A model generated the notes under the pieces. That model ran no database searches. It worked only from the letters and a program-made list of their open reading frames with translations, and had not been told where the DNA came from. Shown piece by piece: positions 37,657 through 45,528 of a stretch of 64,000 nt of DNA. Every line of letters begins with the position of its first letter. Position 1 is the stretch's first letter. The DNA is from a virus. Taxonomy: Duplodnaviria > Caudoviricetes. The stretch lies in IMG/VR virus record IMGVR_UViG_2811995334_000013, positions 342 to 64,341 of that record; one strand, written 5' to 3'. The position numbers and the translations under genes are program-made.

Positions 37657-37907
37657 GCAGACGCCTCGGTCCAGCTCGCGGCGCACTCCCGCTTCAACGC
37701 CTCGTAGCCTTTCGGCCCAACCGCGACTGCTCGATCGCCGATCAGAATCGCGCGGCACTCCGTGCCGAAAAACCGACGCATCCAATCGTTCAGGTCAAGG
37801 ACGAAGTCCTCGGGCATCAGCTCTTCGAACCTGCGCGATACCTGCATGCGCGGAACGTCGTCGAATGCCGGATCGATGACGATCTCGATCCCCGTAAGCG
37901 TGTTCAT
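37653..37907 (-). CDS. Hypothetical protein
   Basis: MNTLTGIEIVID..; ATGA overlap with initiator. Confidence 0.55.
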   Translation of the reverse strand: MNTLTGIEIVIDPAFDDVPRMQVSRRFEELMPEDFVLDLNDWMRRFFGTECRAILIGDRAVAVGPKGYEALKRECAASWTEASA

Positions 37908-39196
37908 CGACCCTCTCCCAGCAGTGCGCCAGCCGCGACAGGGCCGGCGGTGTTGCGAAACGCGCGGTTGTGGTCGTCCCACCACGGGCCATCACCCGCG
38001 GCGCGGAACACGCGCAGCTTGAATTCGAATGCATGCTCGTCGGCACCCTGCTCGTGGCCGAGCTGGCGCCCGCACTCGACGATGCCGGCCCAAGAGCGCC
38101 ACCAGTCGCTAGCGGCGCGCGGCGACCCGCCAGCGTTCGCAGAACGCGCGGCGATGGCGTCGCTGAGAATCCGGTCGAGGAAGCCGACGTTAATCGGCTG
38201 CGTCGAGTTGTCATTCGCGCGCCGCTGGCGCGCCGTAGCGATGGCGGTCAGCACGTCCTCGAGCGTCGCTCCGCGCAGCGGCCAGTTGGCGACGCACTCG
38301 TCGCTCGCGGCAACGCTTACGCCCGAGGTGCGCAGGATCTCGACGAAAGCGGCGGCGGCGTTCTGCGCGTCGTCCGCTACTGCCTGTGCTGTGCCGCCGC
38401 CGCTTGGGTTTACATATTCAGTTCCTCTCCTCTCCTCTCCCTTAAGAGAGTTTTCCGGCGGAATTCCTGCTTGTTTCCGGCGGAAGTCGCCTGCGTTTCC
38501 GGCGGAAATGTCGTCACTTCCGGCGGAAGCCCTGGTATTTCCGGCAGAAGCGTCTTTTGAGCCGTTTTCAGACATCCCTGACAGTTGCTCCGCGCCTGAC
38601 TGCGAATCGTCGTCCGCGCCGTTCCGGTCGTCTTCCGGTGGAACGTCTTTGGATTTCCGGCGGAAATTGGTCGCCTTTCCGCCGGAAGTCGGCGGAAATT
38701 CCGCAGGAAAAAGATCGCGTTCCAGCGGACGGCCCATTTCAATCCATGCGTCGAATTCCGGAAGCTCCATCGGAACGAGTCCGTTCTCCGGGCGCCCCTT
38801 GTTGCGCTTCCGGATGCGTTCCGCCAGCTTGTCGTAGGCGAGCTTGTGCTTCGCCAGATAGGCCTCGTTGGCCTTTTCGGCGACCACCGGGTGATACATG
38901 CGTCCGTCTGCGCACTTGATCCAGCCGCGTAGCGCACCGACTTTCACTGTGTGCCAGGCGTCGACGACGCGGCCGAAGCCGGCGTAGTTCGCGAGATCGA
39001 TATCGTCGTCAGGAAGAGACCCCGCCGGCACCTGATGCCATGCAGCGCACCAGAGGAGAACGGCGCAACGGAATTCGTCACCGGTCGACCGCATCGCAAG
39101 GCTGCTGTCTCGCAGCCGAACGACATCGAGCGGCATATAGCCGAAGTCGCGCAGGTCGCAGTCGGCTGGAGTGAGTGGGAGAGGAAGGTTAGACAT
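37904..39196 (-). CDS. Replication initiator (DUF1376/YdaU-like)
   Basis: DCDLRDFGYMPLDVVRLRDS, AWHQVPAGSLPDDD, RMYHPVVAEKA; internal iterons. Confidence 0.85.
   Translation of the reverse strand: MSNLPLPLTPADCDLRDFGYMPLDVVRLRDSSLAMRSTGDEFRCAVLLWCAAWHQVPAGSLPDDDIDLANYAGFGRVVDAWHTVKVGALRGWIKCADGRMYHPVVAEKANEAYLAKHKLAYDKLAERIRKRNKGRPENGLVPMELPEFDAWIEMGRPLERDLFPAEFPPTSGGKATNFRRKSKDVPPEDDRNGADDDSQSGAEQLSGMSENGSKDASAGNTRASAGSDDISAGNAGDFRRKQAGIPPENSLKGEERRGTEYVNPSGGGTAQAVADDAQNAAAAFVEILRTSGVSVAASDECVANWPLRGATLEDVLTAIATARQRRANDNSTQPINVGFLDRILSDAIAARSANAGGSPRAASDWWRSWAGIVECGRQLGHEQGADEHAFEFKLRVFRAAGDGPWWDDHNRAFRNTAGPVAAGALLGEGR
38453..38709. repeat. Iteron array (replication origin) inside initiator gene
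   Basis: TTCCGGCGGAA-type 11-mers at 38453, 38475, 38497, 38518, 38539 and 38633, 38655, 38677, 38699 (21-22 bp period). Confidence 0.85.
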
Positions 39197-39235
39197 GTGC
39201 CCCCCTCATCAGGAAGGCACATGCGATGCGTGCGG

Positions 39236-39445
39236 TTACTCGGTGTCGTCGGTCAAGACGCTTTCTTCCCACCAGCTCGTATCCTCGAGCTGACGTGTGA
39301 TCTCTTTCGCTACGACCCGCGCCTGCTCCGGCGAGAGAATTACGATCGAATCTTCGCCGTCGCCGCTGTCCTGGCTGATGGCAAGATACCCGCCCCGGCT
39401 GATATAGACCTCGGTCTCGTGCGTCGCCTTCAGTTTGATGCCCAT
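39236..39445 (-). CDS. Small acidic hypothetical protein
   Basis: MGIKLKATHETEVY..; AGGAAAG RBS. Confidence 0.55.
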   Translation of the reverse strand: MGIKLKATHETEVYISRGGYLAISQDSGDGEDSIVILSPEQARVVAKEITRQLEDTSWWEESVLTDDTE

Positions 39446-39598
39446 GCCCACTTTCCTCGCCTGCCAACAAAGGGGGTCGGGCATGCGCCATTTGGCAGGC
39501 GGCAATGGCGCCACGGTGCGCACCGCGTGCCCGACGGGAGTTGAAATCGTAATGCACGGCAAGCCCCTGAGCCATGGTGAGAGGATTCGGGAGTTCGT

Positions 39599-40075
39599 TC
39601 ATCGCGTTTCCCAGAGATGCTTTTGCCCGCGAAGGTGCGCCGCCGTATCGACGCTCGGCCGCGCGGGCGTATTCCAGTTGCCGCCGCCGCGCGCGCCGAG
39701 AAGTCGCCAGCCGGCGCCGCGAAGGCTCGCGCCGACCTCGCCGGGCAGCGTGTAGGTAATCAGGCGCAGATAGCCGAGCGCGCGAGCCGCGCGCCACGCC
39801 GCGCCGTACAGCGCCGAACGTGCGTTGCGCGTGCCGTCGGTGCAGCACCGCGTGACCTCGAGCGTCAGGCCGTCGTCGTTTCCGCGCGCCACCGGGCGGC
39901 CGACGATCGCGATGCCGCAGATCTGCGGTTCCTGCGCAGCGATGGAATCGAGCGACAGTGGATCAACGACCGCGATGCTGAACTTGTGCCCGGCGACCGG
40001 CCGGTGTTGTCGATGGTGAGTCGCGACGTAGGCGTTCGCCTCCTCGAGCGAGATCGGGGCAATGATCAGGCTCAC
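39599..40075 (-). CDS. XF1762/Mom-like GNAT-fold protein
   Basis: PISLEEANAYVATHHRQH, GIAIVGRPVAR, LEVTRCC..NARSALY, ITYTL..GASLRGAGW. Confidence 0.7.
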   Translation of the reverse strand: MSLIIAPISLEEANAYVATHHRQHRPVAGHKFSIAVVDPLSLDSIAAQEPQICGIAIVGRPVARGNDDGLTLEVTRCCTDGTRNARSALYGAAWRAARALGYLRLITYTLPGEVGASLRGAGWRLLGARGGGNWNTPARPSVDTAAHLRGQKHLWETR

Positions 40076-40932
40076 GCTGCAGTCCTCCCCGCGATCGCTG
40101 GCACCTCGGCGCGCGCGAGTTCGAGCGCACGGGATACGCTGTCGATCGTGCGCGACAGGCGCGCGATCTCCCGCGATTCGGACAGGCGCTCCGCGGCGTC
40201 GCGCGCGGCCATGATGATTTCGTGCACCGACGCAGCCGGCGGGAGGCCAAGGGCCTCGGCGAGCTCACCGCGCGCTGCGTCGAGCCGCGCAGCGTCGCGC
40301 TCGGCGCGCTCGCGCGCGTGCTGCATGTGTTCGCGATACTCCCGATCGGCGTCGGCGGCGGCCGTCTCCAGATTGCTGGTCGCGCGCTCGTACCGCACCC
40401 GCGCGAGATCACGGTCACGGATCAGCTTCGCGACATCGGCGCCTACACGCCGCTCGACCTCCAGCGTCACGGCATACTCGGCGCGCCGATGCGCGGAGAC
40501 GCGCTCGCGCTCCCGCTCCATGCCATCGATCAACAGCTTGATCCACGCATCGCGCGGCAGGCTGTCGATCGGCCGCAGTGTCGGCGCCTTCAGCGTGCGC
40601 CAGCCATCGTCAGCGCGCGCGAGCAGACCGCAGCCGTCCGGGATGTCGGCCTTGCCGATCAGTCCGGCCGGCACCGCAAACGTCACGCCGGACGCGTAGC
40701 GCAGGTAGCTCTGCCACTTCCCGGCTGCGACGTCGCGGCGGAAGTCCGCGACGGACACCTTGACCTCATACGCGAGCGGCGTGAAACGCGAGAAGCTGAG
40801 CGGCACCGCGTACACGTCGGGCCGCGGCGAGCCGGCCGGACCAAGCTGCATGTTCGTCCAGACAATGCGCTGCGTGCGCTCGCGCACGTATGCGGCCAGG
40901 TCTTCCTGCAGGGCGTCGTGGGTCCAGTTCAT
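40072..40932 (-). CDS. MmcB-like PD-(D/E)xK nuclease with coiled-coil tail
   Basis: RPDVY..AYEVKVSVADFRRD..KWQSY..FAVP..IPDGCGLL. Confidence 0.75.
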   Translation of the reverse strand: MNWTHDALQEDLAAYVRERTQRIVWTNMQLGPAGSPRPDVYAVPLSFSRFTPLAYEVKVSVADFRRDVAAGKWQSYLRYASGVTFAVPAGLIGKADIPDGCGLLARADDGWRTLKAPTLRPIDSLPRDAWIKLLIDGMERERERVSAHRRAEYAVTLEVERRVGADVAKLIRDRDLARVRYERATSNLETAAADADREYREHMQHARERAERDAARLDAARGELAEALGLPPAASVHEIIMAARDAAERLSESREIARLSRTIDSVSRALELARAEVPAIAGRTAA

Positions 40933-41024
40933 GCAACCTCCGAGCGCGCACTGGTTTCCGCCGTCAGTGCGCTATGATGGTTTCGCCGCGGGCGGGCGCG
41001 GCCCACCACACGACAGGGAACCAG

Positions 41025-41528
41025 ATGCCGATCATGACTGTCACGGCCGCAATCGCCGGCCTGAAGAACGCTGTTGACCTCGCGAAAGCCGCGGTCGCTG
41101 CGCGAGACGAGCTGAAGCTCGCCGAAATGCAGCAGTCGATCAACGACCGCGTCATCGACGTGCAAAATGCCGCCTTGGCCCTTCAAGAAAAGCAGGCGGC
41201 CGCGCGCGACGAGATCGATGAGTTGAAAGAGGCCCTTCGCTCGGCGAGGTCGACCATCACTGAATTGGAGCGCACCCAGTCCGAGCGCGACAATTACTCG
41301 CTCCACGAGGTCAGCCGCGGCTCCTTCGTGTACGCCTTGAAAGAAGAAGCAACCGGTATCACAGTGAGCGGGGAACCGCGTCACTACATCTGCCAGAAGT
41401 GCTTTGACGGCCCCGATAAGCGAAAGGTGACGCTCGACTTCACGCCCGGTCAGCGTGCTGGGCACTATTCCGTGAAGCCACACTGGACGTGCTCGGTCTG
41501 CAAGCACGTCTTGGAAGTGTGCGACTAA
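41025..41528 (+). CDS. Coiled-coil plus Zn-ribbon protein (moron, opposite strand)
   Basis: N-terminal coiled coil; YICQKCFD..WTCSVC; AGGGAA RBS. Confidence 0.75.
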   Translation: MPIMTVTAAIAGLKNAVDLAKAAVAARDELKLAEMQQSINDRVIDVQNAALALQEKQAAARDEIDELKEALRSARSTITELERTQSERDNYSLHEVSRGSFVYALKEEATGITVSGEPRHYICQKCFDGPDKRKVTLDFTPGQRAGHYSVKPHWTCSVCKHVLEVCD

Positions 41529-41688
41529 CATCACAGCCCTCCCCGCGCATCGTTCGCCGCCGCCCAGCCGCAACCCCACTGGCGAGCGAACCGCGCGAGC
41601 GCGCCGCGGGTGAGCGGGTTTTCGTGGAAGGGAGTGCCGGCGCGTGCCGCGCGCCAGCCTGCGCGGAACGCCGCGCGTTCGAACAGGG

Positions 41689-41910
41689 TCAGCACTCGCA
41701 GCCCTCCTTCTGGTTGTCGATCGGGGCCGCCTCAGGCCGCACGCGCTCAAGCATCCAGAGCTGGTCCGGATGGAAAGCGAGATAGTCCTGAGGGGGATCG
41801 CGGAAGATAAAGAGGTATTTCTGCTCGACGATGCCGAGGTAGGTCATGGGACGCCCGAGCTTGCGGGCGAAGTGCTTGCCGACGTCGCGCTGGCTAAGTG
41901 TCAACGTCAT
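41689..41910 (-). CDS. Small hypothetical protein
   Basis: ATGA overlap with CII-like gene. Confidence 0.55.
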   Translation of the reverse strand: MTLTLSQRDVGKHFARKLGRPMTYLGIVEQKYLFIFRDPPQDYLAFHPDQLWMLERVRPEAAPIDNQKEGCEC

Positions 41911-42281
41911 GCAGCCGCCACACGCTGACCGAATGCCTGCTGTACGAACTCGCCGATCGCCTGCTGGCTGAGACGGCGGTACTCCTCGATCGCCTTGCGC
42001 TCCTCAATCGCGAGCCACTGCCTCGGGTAGTCGCAGCCCGTGAACATGCAGAACAGGTGCAGCTTCGTGGCCGGGAACGGCCGGCGCCCGGCGACCAGGT
42101 CGGCGAAGTGTGGATAGTGGATGCCGCAGTTCCGCGCGAGCGTCTTGCGGTCGAATCGGCGCAGGCCCAGCTCGAGCGCGCGCTCGAGGCACGCCTCGAA
42201 CGTCATCGTCTCGATGTCCGGTTCCGGCAGCGTCGCGGCCTGTACCCACGGCGCAAACATCCTGAATTCGGTCTGGTTCAT
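41907..42281 (-). CDS. CII-like HTH regulator
   Basis: FDRKTLARNCGIHYPHFADLVAG HTH; position after cro. Confidence 0.55.
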   Translation of the reverse strand: MNQTEFRMFAPWVQAATLPEPDIETMTFEACLERALELGLRRFDRKTLARNCGIHYPHFADLVAGRRPFPATKLHLFCMFTGCDYPRQWLAIEERKAIEEYRRLSQQAIGEFVQQAFGQRVAAA

Positions 42282-42296
42282 ACGAAAAATCAATCG

Positions 42297-42332
42297 TTAC
42301 CCAGTTGATTACCCACTTGCTTACCCAGTTGG
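42297..42332. repeat. Three 12-bp direct repeats TTACCCASTTGN
   Basis: Copies at 42297, 42309, 42321. Confidence 0.8.
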
Positions 42333-42339
42333 GCCGGGC

Positions 42340-42370
42340 TCGAAATAAAGGCCGGGCAACACCCGGCCGA
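42340..42370 (-). terminator. tR1-like terminator after cro
   Basis: GGCCGGG-TGTTG-CCCGGCC-TTTATTT on minus strand. Confidence 0.7.
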
Positions 42371-42393
42371 CTCTCAGAAAATGCAGATGCTCT

Positions 42394-42624
42394 TCACTTC
42401 GTGCCCTTCGGCTGGGCGACCTTCGGCGGTGCGAAGACGTCCTCAAGGCACCACGTGATTCCACGTGTCCCAGCGAAAGCGATGAGCTTCCGGGCTGTCT
42501 CAACGAGCGGATCACAACTGCCGTTCTCGTAGTGAGAGAGGGCAGACTGAGTGATCCCAATGCTCTTGGCCAATTCGGCCTGGGACATTCCGAGAGTCTT
42601 GCGGAGAGATCGCACGTTGTTCAT
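42394..42624 (-). CDS. cro: Cro-like XRE HTH repressor
   Basis: LRKTLGMSQAELAKSIGITQSALSHYENG; divergent from cI. Confidence 0.85.
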   Translation of the reverse strand: MNNVRSLRKTLGMSQAELAKSIGITQSALSHYENGSCDPLVETARKLIAFAGTRGITWCLEDVFAPPKVAQPKGTK

Positions 42625-42631
42625 GCGACAG

Positions 42632-42711
42632 ATATTAGAAGTTCTCTTATATCAAGTCAAGAGAACTTCTAATGCTTACGCCAAGCGAATATTAGCGGAG
42701 CTATTTACCAT
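42632..42711. promoter_or_regulatory. OR region: pR, pRM and three operators
   Basis: pR TTGACT-N17-TAATAT (minus; 42660-42632); operators ATTAGAAGTTCTCTT 42634, AAGAGAACTTCTAAT 42659, ATTAGCGGAGCTATT 42691; pRM -10 TACCAT 42706. Confidence 0.8.
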
Positions 42712-42717
42712 TCCAGC

Positions 42718-43155
42718 ATGGCTACAGTAGAGAAGCGCCCTCTGACAGAGGACGAACTTGCGGATTGCGAACGACTCGTCGGAGCGTGGAATCGCTACAA
42801 GAGCGATCACCCTGGCGCGTCTCAGATCTGGCTCGCCGAGGCGACCGGCCTTGGTACTCAAGGGCTGATCAGCCAATACTTCCGCGGCATCATCCCCCTG
42901 AACGTTAAGGCGCTCCTTGCAATCTGCGCTCAGATCGGAGCCGATCCCACTGAGATCAGCCCACGGTTGGCGCGCGATCTTCCGTCGACGGAGCGGGGAG
43001 CGTCGGCAGTTTCTGTCAGCCCCGCCGCACAAGCCTTGATCGACGCCATTCTCAAGGCAGACAAGGCAGGTGAACCGGCGCAGACGTTCGCCCTGATGCT
43101 TCGGATGCTTCCCGATCCAGACGAGCCATTTCGCTTGGAAGATCCATCCCCGTAA
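42718..43155 (+). CDS. cI: CI-like repressor (HTH only, no S24 peptidase domain)
   Basis: KRPLTEDELADCERL..SQIWLAEATGLGTQGLISQYFRGIIPLN resembles the lambda cI N-domain; only 145 aa. Confidence 0.8.
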   Translation: MATVEKRPLTEDELADCERLVGAWNRYKSDHPGASQIWLAEATGLGTQGLISQYFRGIIPLNVKALLAICAQIGADPTEISPRLARDLPSTERGASAVSVSPAAQALIDAILKADKAGEPAQTFALMLRMLPDPDEPFRLEDPSP

Positions 43156-43393
43156 TCGGCGTGAGGTTCCAGTCGTTCATGAGTGCGCGCCGACGCAGCA
43201 TTACGCATCCGGTTTCCGCGCCGCGCGCAAAGACTCCCGGCCCCTGAAGTTCCGCGATCCAGTCGTGAAGACCATCTCGGCACCGCTCCACGACTCGGAC
43301 GAGCAGCCCGATACGCTCAGGCACCCCACACCTCGTCACAATCGCCAGATCTCCCGGCTTACACCGCAGTTGGGCCGCCCTCGTCTCTCGCAT
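43052..43393 (-). CDS. LexA-controlled hypothetical protein (candidate antirepressor)
   Basis: GGAGG RBS, LRCKPGDLAIV..; SOS box 33 nt upstream. Confidence 0.65.
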   Translation of the reverse strand: MRETRAAQLRCKPGDLAIVTRCGVPERIGLLVRVVERCRDGLHDWIAELQGPGVFARGAETGCVMLRRRALMNDWNLTPITGMDLPSEMARLDREASEASGRTSAPVHLPCLP

Positions 43394-43426
43394 CGCACAC
43401 GCCTCCCTCTAACCACGCCACAAACA

Positions 43427-43473
43427 CTGTATGCATGTACAGTAGTGTAGACCTAGAATTGGGGAGCTTTCAA
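43427..43473 (-). promoter_or_regulatory. Sigma70 promoter with LexA box
   Basis: TTGAAA-N18-TACACT (43473-43444), then CTGTATGCATGTACAG at 43427-43442. Confidence 0.8.
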
Positions 43474-43521
43474 CAGGATTCGGCAGACGTTTAATTCATA
43501 TGATGAATGGCGCTAAGGCAA

Positions 43522-43845
43522 TCACTGCCCCGACAGCGATGCCTGGACCCGATCAAACTCCGCCTTGGTGTCGCTGCAGTAGGCGGTGTGCGACGCCAGG
43601 TTGGCCTCCCTCGCTGCCTCAAATTCCATTTTGATCAGCTGCTCGGCGCGGCGCTTCCCGATGAACTTGCAGGCAGCCTGACGCTCTCGCAGCTCCTCCT
43701 CGAGCCCCGTGCTCGCGTTGCATGTCGATGTGTAGGCCATATTCTTTGCCCACATGCGGACAAGAACTTCACACGTTGTGTTGTCGGCGCAGATTCCCGC
43801 GACGGGGATCACCGCCAGCACCGCACCCATCAGGATTTTTCTCAT
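43522..43845 (-). CDS. Secreted Cys-containing protein in immunity region
   Basis: MRKILMGAVLAVIPVAGICA signal peptide; four further Cys. Confidence 0.7.
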   Translation of the reverse strand: MRKILMGAVLAVIPVAGICADNTTCEVLVRMWAKNMAYTSTCNASTGLEEELRERQAACKFIGKRRAEQLIKMEFEAAREANLASHTAYCSDTKAEFDRVQASLSGQ

Positions 43846-43947
43846 TTCTCATACCGGCGCGTACCCGGCCCTCATTGTTGTGTAGAGGCATTGTAAGGCG
43901 TGCGGCAACTCAAGCCCGTCGGGGCTGTTACAAATTCATCGATCTAA

Positions 43948-43991
43948 ATATTAGAATTTCTCTTGACCAGAAAAAAGAGGGCTTCTAATAT
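43948..43991 (+). promoter_or_regulatory. pL promoter with OL operators
   Basis: TTGACC-N17-TAATAT (43963-43991); ATTAGAATTTCTCTT-N10-AAGAGGGCTTCTAAT mirrors OR. Confidence 0.85.
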
Positions 43992-43999
43992 TCCATCCA

Positions 44000-44610
44000 A
44001 CGCAGCACACAACGCGCTGCGCCACCGCCCAGGCGGATCGCTCTTTAACAACTTGCGGATAGAAAGGTGTCACGGCCGAAAGGCCCGAGCGCACACATCC
44101 CCATCCCGCGGGATGAGAGAAGCACGAAACGCGGAAATGGCTGCCCCGGAAGGACCGGGGATGCTTCCGAAAGGCGCCCAGCGATGAGTGGCGCGGTAAC
44201 TCGTCGCAACCACCCCGTCCGGCGCAATACATCGATGCCAGAGTATCGATGAGCCGGACGGGGATGTGATGCAGTTTCATGGAGCCGGAATGCGCAGGCT
44301 GATGCGCGACCAGCATCGCGCTGGAGTCCCAATGCCGGAGATCAGCGCCGGCCCGGCTCCATGAGCCTGTCTCGAAAATGCGCCCGGGTAGATGGACATC
44401 CAACTCCATCGGTGAGCGCGACTCGTCAGCCCTGCGAGGGATAAACGAAGTGGGCCCGTCACCTCAGAAAGCGGGCGTGGCAAGCCGACGGAAGGTCAAG
44501 AGGACGGCCGGGATGCTAACCGGCGCCGGATAACGTAACCGGCACTTCTCACAGCTCTGACCGGTGGCGGTTCGTACTCTCGAGGCGTCACCAGTGAGAG
44601 CTGCACACGC
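44000..44610 (+). ncRNA. Candidate long structured leader RNA
   Basis: About 12 hairpins including 11-12 bp stems and GNRA loops; no credible ORF with RBS before 44670. Confidence 0.45.
44039..44051 (+). promoter_or_regulatory. boxA antitermination element
   Basis: CGCTCTTTAACAA about 45 nt after pL. Confidence 0.75.
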
Positions 44611-44669
44611 AGTTTCGCTGTTCAAGACTTCCATTCAGTTAGCAATCCTACTTTTATGCGGAGGATGCG

Positions 44670-45077
44670 ATGTACATTCCTCGAACCCATCTCCACAACG
44701 TCCGCCGCCTGCCCGCGCGGGTAGATCAACAGTCCGACCAGCGGCAGGCCGTAGCCGACGACGCGGCGATCGCGCGCAGCGAGCGCAACGACGAGGTCGC
44801 GGACGGGGTCACGTTCGACGCGCTCCCGATCTCGACCACCGACGCCGCGCTGGCGCGCGGCCGCCTCGAGGACGTCTACGGGGTCTGGAACATCCTCGTC
44901 GCCGCTCGCAAAGCGGAAATCGCGCGGCGCGTCGCCGCGTCCGACATCGCCGAATCTCGTCCGCTTGCGATGACGTACTGCTCGCAGTGCGGCTCGGCGC
45001 TCGGCCTGGGTACCGCCGGCGTCAGCCATTGCAGCGACCACCGCGCCATCCCGCTGCGCATCGTCGGTGATGTCTGA
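44670..45077 (+). CDS. First pL-operon gene, hypothetical with C-terminal Zn finger
   Basis: GGAGG RBS; YCSQCG..HCSDH. Confidence 0.7.
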   Translation: MYIPRTHLHNVRRLPARVDQQSDQRQAVADDAAIARSERNDEVADGVTFDALPISTTDAALARGRLEDVYGVWNILVAARKAEIARRVAASDIAESRPLAMTYCSQCGSALGLGTAGVSHCSDHRAIPLRIVGDV

Positions 45078-45201
45078 CATGTCCACGATCGCACGCGACG
45101 TGATCGAGCTGCGCCGCGACTTCCCGACCTCGCCCGAGCTGCGCCGCCTCGCGCTGAACCTCATCGCGCCGGGCGTCGCCAGCCTGCTCGGCGGCATCTG
45201 A
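45070..45201 (+). CDS. Small hypothetical protein (43 aa)
   Basis: MSDMSTIARDVIEL..; overlaps the previous stop; not in track. Confidence 0.4.
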   Translation: MSDMSTIARDVIELRRDFPTSPELRRLALNLIAPGVASLLGGI

Positions 45202-45235
45202 ACAACACAACTTCACCACCCTCAAGGAGGAAAGC

Positions 45236-45412
45236 ATGAGCAGTTTCAAGTTCGAACTCAGCAGTTCGGTATCGATCGCCAAGAGCGGCGAAACCGGCGA
45301 AGTAATCGGCCGCGCCGAATACACCACCAGCGAAAACACCTACCTCGTTCGCTACTGCTCAGCCGACGGCCGCGCTGTCGAAAACTGGTGGGGCGAAAGC
45401 GCCCTCAACTGA
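45236..45412 (+). CDS. Small SH3-like phage protein (58 aa)
   Basis: AAGGAGG RBS; SGETGEVIGRAEY..YLVRY..DGRAVENWWGESAL; not in track. Confidence 0.7.
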   Translation: MSSFKFELSSSVSIAKSGETGEVIGRAEYTTSENTYLVRYCSADGRAVENWWGESALN

Positions 45413-45528
45413 TCACTGCTGTTGGTATGCCCGTTATGGCGGGCATCAGGTCGAAATCCCCGGAGGAAGAGCCGTTCATGTCCGGGTGATCTGCGCGTGA
45501 GGCGTGCGCTGATGAGACCGGCAATTCA

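Noticed and set aside
38453-38709. Regularly spaced palindromic repeats as a possible CRISPR array
   Set aside because: 11-bp repeats with ~10-bp spacers inside a coding gene and no cas genes; they fit iterons
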